Shown: positions 10,105 to 20,409, counted from the stretch's first letter. The stretch is DNA of 34,333 nt from Thermodesulfobacterium sp. (GCA_021163085.1 JAGGXL010000066.1:1-34333), one strand, 5' to 3'. Made by a program: numbers and translations. Notes: generated by a model from the sequence alone, not told the origin.

Positions 10105-11264
10105 TTAACTCCCTTTTCGCCCAGTTCCAAAAAGGGCATCGGTTCTTCTTTGCTTTTTTGCTTCTTTATTAAATCTATCTCCCTGTCTACTCTGTCCCTT
10201 CTGAGAGCATGAGCAATAGCTATATCTTCTTCTATAAGTCCTTTTTTATAAAGATCTATCAGATCCTGATCAAAAGTTCTCATTCCAAAAGGACTACCCT
10301 GAGTCATTACATTATAAAAAGTTCTTTCTTCATTTTCTCCACTCATAATTATTTCTCTGGCTCTTAAGTTATTATATAAAATATCAAAAATAGGTATTCT
10401 CCCGCCACCAATCTTGGGAAGCAATTTTTGCCCTATAATCCATCTTAAAGAACCTGCTAATCTGTGTCTTATAGTTCTTTCTTCCTCAGAGTGATAAAAA
10501 CCTATAATTCTGTTAACTGTATGTGATGCTCCTATGGTATGAAGGGTTGAAAAAACCAAATGCCCAGTCTCCGCTGCAGTTAAAGCTATATCCATAGTTT
10601 CTCTATCACGGATTTCACCAACCAGTATAACATGAGGAGCTTCTCTCAATGCTGCTCTTAAACCTTCTGCAAAAGAACTAAAATCTGTTCCGAGTTCTCT
10701 TTGATTAATAGTTGCTTTTATTGGTTTATGAATATATTCAATCGGATCTTCTAAGGTAATTATATGAACATGTTCGTTTTTATTTATTTCATTAAGTATA
10801 GCAGCCAGTGTTGTAGTTTTACCCTGTCCTGTAGCACCTGTCACAAGAACTATTCCATATTTTTCCTGAGCAATTTTATAAAACACCTCAGGTAGTCCTA
10901 ATTCTTCTATAGATCTGACTCTGCTTTCCAGTTTTCTCATTACAATATTATAAGTTCTCTGACGAGAAAATATGTTAACCCTAAATCTTGTTTCATCATC
11001 TAAAAAATATGAAAGATCGGCATACCCATCTTTTAAAAGTTTTTTAAAGAGATGAGGTCTATCTTTGAGAATACTAAATGCTATGATCTCGGTCTGAAAG
11101 GGAGAAAGCTTTTCAACAGGAAAATCTTCTAAATAAACTGATTTTATTCTTCCATATACCATTATCTGAAAAGGATAACCGGAAAGAATGAGTATATCAG
11201 AAATTCCCTCCTCCAGATGCGCCAGCTTGTAAATCAAGTCTTCTATTTCGATTTCAGTAAGCAT
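10101..11264 (-). CDS. PilT/PilU-family type IV pilus retraction ATPase paralog
   Basis: GATGQGKTT, EDPIEY, LREAPHVILVGEIRD, GHLVFSTLH; lacks the AIRNLIRE motif. Confidence 0.88.
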   Translation of the reverse strand: MLTEIEIEDLIYKLAHLEEGISDILILSGYPFQIMVYGRIKSVYLEDFPVEKLSPFQTEIIAFSILKDRPHLFKKLLKDGYADLSYFLDDETRFRVNIFSRQRTYNIVMRKLESRVRSIEELGLPEVFYKIAQEKYGIVLVTGATGQGKTTTLAAILNEINKNEHVHIITLEDPIEYIHKPIKATINQRELGTDFSSFAEGLRAALREAPHVILVGEIRDRETMDIALTAAETGHLVFSTLHTIGASHTVNRIIGFYHSEEERTIRHRLAGSLRWIIGQKLLPKIGGGRIPIFDILYNNLRAREIIMSGENEERTFYNVMTQGSPFGMRTFDQDLIDLYKKGLIEEDIAIAHALRRDRVDREIDLIKKQKSKEEPMPFLELGEKGVK

Positions 11265-11267
11265 ATT

Positions 11268-12359
11268 TTATCCCGGTATCTCAGTAAAATCAACAACTTC
11301 TTTATTTTGAACAAATGGTAAAAATCTACTTTTATCTATAGCCTTAATAAAAGCTTCCTCAGGACTTATCCATCTATTGTTTAAATAGTTCATAATACAA
11401 TCATCAAGTGACATCATTCCAAATTTTTTACCTGTCTGAATAAGAGAAGGAATTTGATGAACTTTATTTTCTCTTATAAGATTTCTTATAGCAGGAGTAG
11501 CGATCATTATTTCAGTTGCAACTATTCTTCCTACCTTGTCAATTCTTTTAAACATAGTTTGAGAAATAACCGCCCTTAAAGCTTCAGATAAAGAAACTCT
11601 TATCTGATCTCTCTCCTGAGGAGGAAAAGCATCTATTATTCTGCTTATAGTTTGAGCAGCACCAATAGTATGAAGAGTGGAAAACACCAGATGCCCGGTA
11701 AGAGCTGCTTCAATAGTAAGTGCTATAGTTTCCAAATCACGCATTTCACCTACTAAGATTATATCCGGATCTTCTCTTAAAGCCGCTCTTAAAGCTTTGG
11801 CAAAACTCTTTGTATGAACTCCTATTTCTCTCTGATTAATTAAGCAATTTCTAGGTTCATGTACAAATTCAATAGGATCTTCAATAGTGATAATATGATC
11901 ATAACGCATTCTATTGGCATAATCTATAATAGCTGCGAGTGTAGTAGATTTACCAGATCCTGTAGGACCAGTAACCAAAACAAGCCCTCTGGGAAGCAGT
12001 GCAAGTTTATTTAAAAGTTGAGGAAGCCCTAACTCTTCTACAGTTTTTATTTTGTTAGGAATAAGTCTAAAAGCTGCTGCAATACCCCTTCTCTGCCGAA
12101 AATAGTTTACTCTAAACCTTGCAAGCCCAAAAATTTCATATCCGAAATCAACTTCTCCTTCTTCTTCAAATTTCTTTAAAATTTCTTCTGGAGCTATTTC
12201 ATAAAGCATTTCTCTTAATTCATCTTCTTCCAATACTTTGTATTTTACTCTTTGAAGTTCTCCATGAATTCTCAAAAGTGGAGGATTACCTGCTGAAAGA
12301 TGAAGGTCAGAAGCCTGAGTCTCAACCATTAGTTTGAAAAAAGGATCAAGTTTAGCCAT
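11268..12359 (-). CDS. pilT: Type IV pilus retraction ATPase PilT
   Basis: ASDLHL, GPTGSGKSTT, EDPIEF, LREDPDIILVGEMRD, GHLVFSTLH, AIRNLIRE. Confidence 0.95.
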   Translation of the reverse strand: MAKLDPFFKLMVETQASDLHLSAGNPPLLRIHGELQRVKYKVLEEDELREMLYEIAPEEILKKFEEEGEVDFGYEIFGLARFRVNYFRQRRGIAAAFRLIPNKIKTVEELGLPQLLNKLALLPRGLVLVTGPTGSGKSTTLAAIIDYANRMRYDHIITIEDPIEFVHEPRNCLINQREIGVHTKSFAKALRAALREDPDIILVGEMRDLETIALTIEAALTGHLVFSTLHTIGAAQTISRIIDAFPPQERDQIRVSLSEALRAVISQTMFKRIDKVGRIVATEIMIATPAIRNLIRENKVHQIPSLIQTGKKFGMMSLDDCIMNYLNNRWISPEEAFIKAIDKSRFLPFVQNKEVVDFTEIPG

Positions 12360-12421
12360 ATTTTAAAATTTATAGTAAAATTCTCATAAAAGTCAATATT
12401 GTAAAATTATGGAAAAAGATT

Positions 12422-12856
12422 TTACAAAGTTTTTTCCACACCACTTTCTACATGAACTTCCATAGCTTTTGTAATACAAACAGCAACACAGAATTCACAA
12501 GCTGTGCATTTTTGAGGATCAAAAATAACTTTAAAAGACTCTCTATCTACATAAAGAGCATGGGTAGGACATACTGCTGTGCAGTTTCCACAATGAATAC
12601 AGTTTTCTTCATTCTTAATTATTTGCTGCTCTAAGGGTTTTACTTCAACACCTATTTTTTTCAAATACTCCAAACCCTTTTTAACCTTTTCTGGTGTTCC
12701 CTCTAACTCCATTACCATAATTCCTTCTTTACCAGGAGTTATAGTTGCTTTTAAAATATTAAAAATTAATCCATACTCCTTAACTAAATTGTAAACTATG
12801 GGTTTATCTACAACTTCCGAAGGGAATTTTAAATATAGTCCCTTTTTATATACCAT
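12422..12856 (-). CDS. NIL domain / 2x[4Fe-4S] ferredoxin protein
   Basis: N-terminal PIVYNLVKEYGLIFNILKA (NIL signature); CIHCGNCTAVCP and CTACEFCVAVC ferredoxin motifs. Confidence 0.88.
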   Translation of the reverse strand: MVYKKGLYLKFPSEVVDKPIVYNLVKEYGLIFNILKATITPGKEGIMVMELEGTPEKVKKGLEYLKKIGVEVKPLEQQIIKNEENCIHCGNCTAVCPTHALYVDRESFKVIFDPQKCTACEFCVAVCITKAMEVHVESGVEKTL

Positions 12857-12874
12857 TCTAAAACCTCCTTATTT

Positions 12875-14617
12875 TCAGTTTTTAACATTAAGAAATGCTT
12901 CACAATATTCTAATCCTCTTTTAGCCATATTCAATTCCGGGTCGATTTCGAGAGCTTTTTTAAAGTAAACTTGGGCAACAGGTAAATAATTGAGAGCTTT
13001 TAAACAGTACCCTATATTAGCATAATCAATAGCTGAAGCTGGATTTAGATCTATCGCCCTCGAAAATGCTTCCATAGCTTTTAAATAGTCTCCAAGTTTA
13101 TAATAAGCCCTTCCTATAATATTGTAAAGCTCTGGAACTTCATTTATCTCTAAAGCCATTTCCACTATACTTATTACCTTTTCATATTCTCCCTTTATAA
13201 AATAGGTATCTGCAAGATGAGAAAATATCGCTATTCTATCTCCATCTGGCGGAGAAAACTGCAACGCCTTTTCATAGCAACCAATGGCATCTTCTTCTTT
13301 GCCCATAGCTTTGTAAATATTTCCCAAATACGCCCATAGATAATACCTGCCTTTTATCTCCTTTATAAGCTCCTCCAAGAAAGACCTCATTTTTTCTTTT
13401 GACAAATATAGATTTGCAGTTCGTATCATCTGATAAAGATAAGAAATACGGGTCCTTTTTCTAAAAAGGATACCGGGAATAATAGCATAAACAGCGGGAA
13501 TATTAAGCTGAGGATGGGTAATATCCACCAAATAAACTTCATATCCAAACTCTTTTAATTTTCGAGACAGGTTAACCAATTCTTCTACATGGTCTTCGGA
13601 ATACATATTGGGAAGCTCCTCAAGGTTGACTTCGTAAGAATACTCAATCACATTTTTAGCTTCTTCTAAGTTACGAAATTTAGGTAGTCCACTTTCTACA
13701 TATTTTCCTTCTGTATCAAAGTCTCCCGCAAGCTGAGCTACCTCAGTTAAAGCTCTTGTTAATGCCCTTTCAGGAGAAGTTGCAGTTCCTGCTGCATATA
13801 CTATTTCGCTTCTTTCAGGATATGTAGAAGGATCCATAGCCATTACCGCTACTGTAGGAACTGACATACCAAAAGTCATATCTCTTATCCATAATTTTAT
13901 ATTAAGCCTCTCATAACATTTCAACAAATTTTCCGCTTCGCCTTTAATAGATTCTCTTCTAATAGCAGGCATAAGGGTGTTCTTTCTTATTGATAAAGCA
14001 TTGGTATGTCTTTCTATTAACTCACATATAGCTTGCACAGAAGCCTCTGGATATGTATTTCCCCCTGCAGAACCATTGTATTCGTAAAGAAGCCAGAACC
14101 AATGGAAAGGAACAAGTTTTTCTTTTCCTGTTCTTGGCTCATAAGCTCTAATAAAATAAAAAGGAAGCTTTTTTAAATACTTAATAGCTATTTTCTTTAC
14201 CTCCTCAGATTCCTCATCTTCTACTGAGTTCAAAAATATCTCAAAAGGAATAGCGTGTTCTTCCAACTCTTCAAAAGTGCTCACAATACCATTTTTCTTA
14301 ATTTCTTTATAAAAAGAAAATAGAGAAAATCTTTCCACTAACTCCATAAGAGCACTTGCTTGAGAAAGTAGTTCAGTGCTTCCTTTACCCATCTGTTTAA
14401 AATTCCCTGTAATTTTCTGTCCATCTACATCATAAAGGCTTAAATAAACAGGTATTCCCAATCTTCCTTTATCAATTTTTTTAAGTCCTTTGTAAATCTT
14501 CATCCCAGCAGATTTAAGTCTTTCTTCTATTTCCTTTACCGTTTCTTCAGGAAACTTGGCTTTATCTGCTATAACCTTTCTTGAACTACTTAAAAATTTT
14601 TTAGACAACCCCTCCAT
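12875..14617 (-). CDS. YcaO-family protein with C-terminal TPR repeats
   Basis: QMGKG...ASALMELVERFS, NGSAGGNT...ELIERH, ALTRALTEVAQ, DITHPQLNIPAV; last ~150 aa are TPR helices (YLGNIY, YNIIGRAYY, YANIGYCL). Confidence 0.88.
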   Translation of the reverse strand: MEGLSKKFLSSSRKVIADKAKFPEETVKEIEERLKSAGMKIYKGLKKIDKGRLGIPVYLSLYDVDGQKITGNFKQMGKGSTELLSQASALMELVERFSLFSFYKEIKKNGIVSTFEELEEHAIPFEIFLNSVEDEESEEVKKIAIKYLKKLPFYFIRAYEPRTGKEKLVPFHWFWLLYEYNGSAGGNTYPEASVQAICELIERHTNALSIRKNTLMPAIRRESIKGEAENLLKCYERLNIKLWIRDMTFGMSVPTVAVMAMDPSTYPERSEIVYAAGTATSPERALTRALTEVAQLAGDFDTEGKYVESGLPKFRNLEEAKNVIEYSYEVNLEELPNMYSEDHVEELVNLSRKLKEFGYEVYLVDITHPQLNIPAVYAIIPGILFRKRTRISYLYQMIRTANLYLSKEKMRSFLEELIKEIKGRYYLWAYLGNIYKAMGKEEDAIGCYEKALQFSPPDGDRIAIFSHLADTYFIKGEYEKVISIVEMALEINEVPELYNIIGRAYYKLGDYLKAMEAFSRAIDLNPASAIDYANIGYCLKALNYLPVAQVYFKKALEIDPELNMAKRGLEYCEAFLNVKN

Positions 14618-14705
14618 ATCTCCCTCTCAAAGGATTTAATTTTGAGAAAATGTATAGTATAATTTTAAATTAATTTTCTAAAATATTATATCTTGATTTT
14701 AAAAA

Positions 14706-15728
14706 ATGAAAATAGGGATTGCCTTAAGTGGTGGGATAGATAGTGCAATTGCCGCTTATAAGTTAAAAGAAGAAGGACATCAAATTATAGGAATAACTTT
14801 TGAACTATTTCACTCCCAAAAAAAAACAATTGACCAAGCAAAATATATTGCTTCCTTATTAAACCTCCCTCATCACATTTTAGACCTAAAAAAAACTTTT
14901 GAAAAAGAAATTATCTCTTATTTTGTAAATTCATATGCTAAGGGTACTACTCCCAATCCATGTGCCTGGTGTAATAAAAAAATAAAATTTGGGAAAGTTT
15001 TGGAGTTTGCCATAAAAAATCTTAAAGTAGAAAAATTTGCTACAGGACATTATGTAAAAACAGAAAAATATAAAGGAAGGATTCTTCTCCAAAAAGCAAA
15101 GTATAAAAGTAAAGATCAATCTTATTTTTTAGCTTTGATAGATTCTGAAATAATTCCCTTTTTACTTTTCCCCTTGGGTGATTTCACCAAAAAGGATGTT
15201 AATGCTTTGGGAAAAAAGTTGTTTCGCTTTGTGAACTATAAAGAATCACAGGATATTTGTTTTTTAAAAAATAAATCTTTAAAAAATTTTCTCTCTACTT
15301 ATCTTCCGGAAAAAAAGGGAGTGGTTGTTTATAAAAATAAAGTAGTAGGAACTCATCCCGGGATCCAATGGTTTACTGTGGGGCAAAGAAAAGGGCTTGG
15401 CATTCCACTTGGAAAACCTTTGTATATTGTTGAACTGGATTTTAAAGAAAATAAAATCATTTTAGGTGAAGAAAAAGATCTTTTCTCTAAGGGACTTGTT
15501 CTGGAAAATTTAAATTTTCATCTTCCTCTAAATCTGTGGACTAACCCATCTGCTCAAATAAGGTATAAATCTTCTATAAATAAAGTTAAAGACATAGTTA
15601 AAGTTAATGGAGAATATAAAGTTTTATTTGAAACCCCTGTAAAAGGTGTAACTCCTGGACAGATATGTGCCTTTTACGAAGGTAAATTTTTACTGGGAGG
15701 AGGGGTAATAAAAAAGCCAATAAAGTAA
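14706..15728 (+). CDS. mnmA: tRNA-specific 2-thiouridylase
   Basis: SGGIDS, TPNPCAWCN, ATGHY, KDQSYFL, ESQDICF, TVGQRKGLG, TPGQ. Confidence 0.96.
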   Translation: MKIGIALSGGIDSAIAAYKLKEEGHQIIGITFELFHSQKKTIDQAKYIASLLNLPHHILDLKKTFEKEIISYFVNSYAKGTTPNPCAWCNKKIKFGKVLEFAIKNLKVEKFATGHYVKTEKYKGRILLQKAKYKSKDQSYFLALIDSEIIPFLLFPLGDFTKKDVNALGKKLFRFVNYKESQDICFLKNKSLKNFLSTYLPEKKGVVVYKNKVVGTHPGIQWFTVGQRKGLGIPLGKPLYIVELDFKENKIILGEEKDLFSKGLVLENLNFHLPLNLWTNPSAQIRYKSSINKVKDIVKVNGEYKVLFETPVKGVTPGQICAFYEGKFLLGGGVIKKPIK

Positions 15729-15748
15729 AGACTTTATAAAAGCTAAGG

Positions 15749-15777
15749 TTGACAGAATTTAGAAAAAATTGTAAGAT
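15749..15777 (+). promoter_or_regulatory. Sigma70-type promoter of the gatB-mtnA-rex-dut-thyX cluster
   Basis: TTGACA (15749-15754), 17-bp spacer, TAAGAT (15772-15777); GAGGAG RBS before the gatB ATG. Confidence 0.6.
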
Positions 15778-15803
15778 TTTTATTTTAAAAAAGAGGAGAC
15801 GCT

Positions 15804-17234
15804 ATGGAATTTGAAGCAATTATTGGATTAGAAGTTCATGCTCAACTAAGTACTCAAACTAAAATGTTTTGCTCCTGTTCCACTAAATTTGGTAATCCTC
15901 CTAATACACAGGTGTGTCCAGTTTGTACAGGGCTCCCTGGTGTGCTTCCTGTCATAAATAAAAAGGCAGTAGAATATGCTCTAAAGCTTGCTTTGGCACT
16001 AAACTGTAAGATAAATTTAAATTCTATAATGGCTCGTAAAACTTATTTTTATCCCGACCTTCCTAAAAACTATCAAATTTCCCAATATGAAATACCTATT
16101 GCAGAGGGAGGAGCCATTGAAATAGAAGTAAACGGTAAAAAGAAGAAAATCAATTTAGTAAGAATTCATATGGAAGAAGACGCAGGAAAATTAATACATG
16201 ACGAAAAAAAACCTTACTCTTATGTGGATTTCAATAGGGCCGGAGTGCCTCTTCTTGAAATTGTAAGCACTCCAGAAATCTCTTCACCAGAAGAAGCAGT
16301 AGTTTATTTAAAAACCTTAAGAAGAATTTTAAGATATCTTGGAATATGTGACGGAAACATGGAAGAAGGAAGTTTAAGATGCGATGCCAATGTTTCAGTA
16401 AGACCTAAGGGAAGCACTAAATTTGGAACCAAGGTTGAACTTAAAAATATGAACTCTTTCAAACATGTAGAAAGGGCTTTAAGTTACGAAATAAAAAGGC
16501 AAACAGGTCTTCTTTTGGAAGGTAAAAGAATTGTTCAGGAAACGAGACTTTACGATGAAGCTACTCAAACTACTCGTCCCATGAGAGGAAAAGAGGAAGC
16601 TCATGATTATTGCTATTTCCCTGATCCAGACCTTATAGAAATTCAAGTAGAAAAGGATTTTCTTGAAAAAATTAAAAATGGATTGCCAGAATTACCCGCG
16701 GAGAAAAAAGAAAGATTTTTAAAAACCTATAATTTAACACCTTATGAAGTTGACATTCTCATTGAGGAAAAGAACTTGGCTGATTTTTTTGAAAAAACAG
16801 TAAAAATTTATCCCAACCCTAAGGCAATATCCAATTTTATGTTAACAGAAGTTCTTAGATACTTAAATCGTGATGGAAAAGACATTAGTGAGACCAGTTT
16901 AACACCAGAAAATCTGGCTCAACTTCTTGAACTGGTTGAAAAAGGAATAATTTCTATAACTATTGCAAAACAAATATTTCCTGAGGTGTACGAAAAAGGT
17001 TATGAACCAAAAAGAATTGTAGAAGAAAGGGGGCTTGTGCAAGAAAGCTCTGAAGATAAGTTAAAATCTGTTTGTGAAGAAGTTTTAGCAGAAAATCCCA
17101 AAGAGGTAGAAAAATATAAAGCCGGTAAAAAAGGAGTTATAGGATTTTTTGTTGGCCAGGTTTTGAAAAAAACGCAGGGAAAAGCAAACCCCAAAGTGGT
17201 AAATAAAATTTTAACCGAACTTTTAGAAAAATGA
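15804..17234 (+). CDS. gatB: Asp/Glu-tRNA amidotransferase subunit B
   Basis: IGLEVHAQL, YFYPDLPKNYQISQ, HMEEDAGK, NRAGVPLLEIV, EGSLRCDANVS, GKANP. Confidence 0.97.
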   Translation: MEFEAIIGLEVHAQLSTQTKMFCSCSTKFGNPPNTQVCPVCTGLPGVLPVINKKAVEYALKLALALNCKINLNSIMARKTYFYPDLPKNYQISQYEIPIAEGGAIEIEVNGKKKKINLVRIHMEEDAGKLIHDEKKPYSYVDFNRAGVPLLEIVSTPEISSPEEAVVYLKTLRRILRYLGICDGNMEEGSLRCDANVSVRPKGSTKFGTKVELKNMNSFKHVERALSYEIKRQTGLLLEGKRIVQETRLYDEATQTTRPMRGKEEAHDYCYFPDPDLIEIQVEKDFLEKIKNGLPELPAEKKERFLKTYNLTPYEVDILIEEKNLADFFEKTVKIYPNPKAISNFMLTEVLRYLNRDGKDISETSLTPENLAQLLELVEKGIISITIAKQIFPEVYEKGYEPKRIVEERGLVQESSEDKLKSVCEEVLAENPKEVEKYKAGKKGVIGFFVGQVLKKTQGKANPKVVNKILTELLEK

Positions 17235-18364
17235 AATTCTCTTTTTTAAAAGGCCAAACTATAAAAGAACCTACCCAAGCTGACCTGATTAAAACCTGGT
17301 TCTGGACTGAAAAAGGTCTTTATTTACTTGACCAGAGAAAACTACCTTTAAAAGAAAAATATATTTTCTGTGACAGTCTTTCCAAAATAAGAAATGCTAT
17401 CAAAGAGATGGTAATAAGAGGTGCACCTGCAATAGGTATTTGTGCTGCAATAGGATTTGTTATAGAGTTTAAAAGATTTCTATCCTCTTTAAAAGGTGAT
17501 GAAATTTTAATTGACAAGGTTAAAAAGGTGCTTGGTAAAATTAGCAATCTTTTAACTACTGCTCGTCCCACAGCAATAAATCTTTCCTGGGCTGTTTCAA
17601 GAATGAGAAAAATTTCTCTTGAATTTCTCAAAAATTTTGAAGAAAAAATAAGTAAAAAAGAAATTCTACAACTTTACGAAATACTTGAAAAAGAAGCTTT
17701 TAAAATCTGGGAAGAAGATATAGAAGCAAATTTAGCTATAGCTGAAAATGGGGAAAATATTCTCTCAGAAGGAGGAATTCTTACTCACTGTAATACTGGT
17801 GCTTTAGCAACTGGTGGATATGGAACTGCATTGGGTGTTATAAGAAAGCTTTACGAAAAAAACAAAAAAATTAAGATATTTGTAGATGAAACCCGTCCTT
17901 TTTTACAAGGAGCTAGACTCACTGCATGGGAACTTTACAAATTGAAAATACCTTATATTCTGATTACTGATAACACCTCAGGTTTTTTAATGAAAAGAAA
18001 AGAAATCTCTGCAGTTATAGTAGGTGCAGATAGAATTGTAAAAAATGGAGATACTGCTAATAAAATAGGCACTTATTCCTTAGCAGTTTTAGCAAATTAT
18101 CACAACATACCCTTTTTTGTAGCTGCTCCTTCTTCTACTTTTGATTTGGACACAGAAAATGGTGAAAAAATTCCCATAGAGATCCGTTCTCCCGAAGAAG
18201 TTTTAACATGTTATAAAAGTAAAATTGCTCCTCCCAGATCTAAAACTTATAATTTAGCTTTTGATGTGACTCCTGGTAATTTGATTTCTGCTATTATAAC
18301 AGAAAAAGGGGTTATTTATCCTCCTTATGAGATAAATATTTCTAAAATTATAAAAAATTTTTAA
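17231..18364 (+). CDS. mtnA: S-methyl-5-thioribose-1-phosphate isomerase
   Basis: LDQRKLP, IRGAPAIG, RPTAINL, LTHCNTGALAT, ETRPFLQGARLTAWEL, GADRI, NKIGTY. Confidence 0.94.
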   Translation: MKFSFLKGQTIKEPTQADLIKTWFWTEKGLYLLDQRKLPLKEKYIFCDSLSKIRNAIKEMVIRGAPAIGICAAIGFVIEFKRFLSSLKGDEILIDKVKKVLGKISNLLTTARPTAINLSWAVSRMRKISLEFLKNFEEKISKKEILQLYEILEKEAFKIWEEDIEANLAIAENGENILSEGGILTHCNTGALATGGYGTALGVIRKLYEKNKKIKIFVDETRPFLQGARLTAWELYKLKIPYILITDNTSGFLMKRKEISAVIVGADRIVKNGDTANKIGTYSLAVLANYHNIPFFVAAPSSTFDLDTENGEKIPIEIRSPEEVLTCYKSKIAPPRSKTYNLAFDVTPGNLISAIITEKGVIYPPYEINISKIIKNF

Positions 18365-18373
18365 AATTAGCTG

Positions 18374-18997
18374 ATGAAAATTAAAGATATACCGGAAAAC
18401 ACCTTAGAACGACTCATAATTTACCTCAAAGTCCTTGAAGCTCTTGAAAAAAAGAATATAAATTTTATAAGCTCTGAGGATCTGGCTAAAAGTTGCGGAG
18501 TAAATTCTGCTCAATTAAGAAAAGATCTAAGTTTTGTAGGTTCCTTAGGTACTAAAGGTGTAGGATATAGTGTTAAAAGTTTAAAATACAGTCTTAAAAA
18601 TTTTTTGGGAAGGGCTCAGGAATGGAACTTAATCTTGGGAGGTATAAATCCCTTAGGAATTTTTCTTTTACAAGATAAAAACTTGCAAAAAGAAGGATTT
18701 TATTTTTTAGCTGCCTTTGACACAAAAGAAGAAAATATTGGTAAGATATATAATGGAATATCTGTTTATAATTTGGATCAACTTCCATATGTACTCAATG
18801 TTATCAAAGTCGATATAGGTGTAATAGCTGCAGAAGAGGATCCAGAAATATTTTTAAACGTATTTATAGAACAAGGTATAAAAGCTATTTTAAATCTGAC
18901 CAAAGTGCCCTTTTTTGTGAAAAATCCCGAAATTAAAATTGAAAACTTTGATTTCTCTATGGCACTAACAAAACTATCTTATTTCTTAAAGGAGTAA
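18374..18997 (+). CDS. rex: Redox-sensing repressor Rex family protein
   Basis: IPENTLERL..Y, SSEDLA, SAQLRKDLS..G.LGTKGVGY winged helix; C-terminal Rossmann domain with GIKAILN. Confidence 0.85.
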   Translation: MKIKDIPENTLERLIIYLKVLEALEKKNINFISSEDLAKSCGVNSAQLRKDLSFVGSLGTKGVGYSVKSLKYSLKNFLGRAQEWNLILGGINPLGIFLLQDKNLQKEGFYFLAAFDTKEENIGKIYNGISVYNLDQLPYVLNVIKVDIGVIAAEEDPEIFLNVFIEQGIKAILNLTKVPFFVKNPEIKIENFDFSMALTKLSYFLKE

Positions 18998-18999
18998 AT

Positions 19000-19440
19000 A
19001 TGAAAATAAAAGTTTGGAGAAAAGATCCCAGAGCTAAATTATTAAAAAAAAGCACTGAGGGATCAGTAGGATATGATCTTTTTGCTTTAGAAGAAGTTTC
19101 AATAGAACCTAATCAGTTTGCTCTTATAAGAACAGGGTTGGTTATACAAACAGAGCCTCCTTATGCTCTTTTTATTTTTCCCAGATCCTCTCTTTTTAAA
19201 AATAAAAGCTTGATATTACCTAATTCTGCAGGAATTATAGATTTTGATTACTGCGGAGAGGATGACGAAATCAAAATCCCTGTGGTAAATCTGGGAAAAG
19301 AAAAAGTTGTCATAAAAGCCCACGAAAAAATTGCTCAGGCTGTATTTATTAAAGTTGGCAATCCAGAAATCGAAGAAATACACGAACCTCCTAAAGCTTC
19401 TTCCAGAGGCGGGTTTGGCTCTACCGGTGGTTATTTATGA
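19000..19440 (+). CDS. dut: Trimeric dUTPase
   Basis: GSVGYDL, PRSSL, GIIDFDYCGE, KIAQ, RGGFGSTG motifs. Confidence 0.94.
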   Translation: MKIKVWRKDPRAKLLKKSTEGSVGYDLFALEEVSIEPNQFALIRTGLVIQTEPPYALFIFPRSSLFKNKSLILPNSAGIIDFDYCGEDDEIKIPVVNLGKEKVVIKAHEKIAQAVFIKVGNPEIEEIHEPPKASSRGGFGSTGGYL

Positions 19441-20381
19441 ATTTATCTCTACTAAGAGCTATACAAAAGAAATTAATTTTTCTTGTATATAAAAATTTTG
19501 AAAAATCTTTACTATCTCATTTTATCTTTTTCAGTTATTTAGGTGCAAGGATTTGCTATGCCAAAACTCATCCTTTGGCCCTTTTTTTTGAAGAAAAATT
19601 TAAAAATTTTGAAAAATTCAAAAATTTTTTGTTAAATCTCAAAAAAGCAAAGCACTACAGTATATTTTCTCATACTCCTATCTTTTTAAATACGCAAAGT
19701 CTTTCTGAAAAAGAGAAAAGCTTACTTGCTCAAAACTTTTTCAAAATTTTCTGGGATAATGAAAATGGCTATGCCCTTTTTAATTTAAGACATTTAGCAG
19801 AAAACTTAGAAGATGAAAAATTTGAAAAACTTATTGATATTAACCCTGATCTTTCCTCCATAAATATCAAAATTTTTAAAAATTTTCAGCCTTTTTATGA
19901 AGGATCTTTTTATAACCTTCCTGAGGAAATATTTAAAGAAAATAATAATATCTGGGCTATACCAGAGGTAATTGTTATAGAAGTTAAAATCAATCATCCC
20001 TTTAACTGGATAGGAGTAATTGCACATAATTTTTCTCGTATTTTTTCTCATCAATTTGTAAGACACACATGGTTAAACTTTAATCAAAGATCTCACAGAT
20101 ATACACATATCGATAAATTTGTAATCCCTTCTACATTTGATGAAAAGTGCAAAGATGTTTACGAAAAATTTATTAAATTAAGTTTAGAAACTTACAAAAA
20201 TTTATCAAAAAGCATAAAAAAAGAGGACACAAGATTTATAATTCCTCAGGGAGTAGCAACTTCAATTCTTGCTACTGCTCCACTTTTTGTCTGGGAAGAT
20301 TTTATTAACAAGAGAGCAATACCTCAGGCTCAAGAAGAAATAAGGAAGTTGGCTTGTTTACTTAAAGAAATTTTGTTTTAA
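19437..20381 (+). CDS. thyX: FAD-dependent thymidylate synthase
   Basis: ARICY, HYSIFSH, SRIFSHQFVRHTWLNFNQRSHRY, EDTRFIIP, AQEEIRKLA; overlaps the dut stop. Confidence 0.85.
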   Translation: MNLSLLRAIQKKLIFLVYKNFEKSLLSHFIFFSYLGARICYAKTHPLALFFEEKFKNFEKFKNFLLNLKKAKHYSIFSHTPIFLNTQSLSEKEKSLLAQNFFKIFWDNENGYALFNLRHLAENLEDEKFEKLIDINPDLSSINIKIFKNFQPFYEGSFYNLPEEIFKENNNIWAIPEVIVIEVKINHPFNWIGVIAHNFSRIFSHQFVRHTWLNFNQRSHRYTHIDKFVIPSTFDEKCKDVYEKFIKLSLETYKNLSKSIKKEDTRFIIPQGVATSILATAPLFVWEDFINKRAIPQAQEEIRKLACLLKEILF

Positions 20382-20409
20382 AATTTTATATTAGATTATC
20401 ATTGAGATT

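Noticed and set aside
12875-14617. RiPP biosynthetic cluster around YcaO
   Set aside because: No precursor peptide, protease, transporter or cyclodehydratase partner; flanks are housekeeping.
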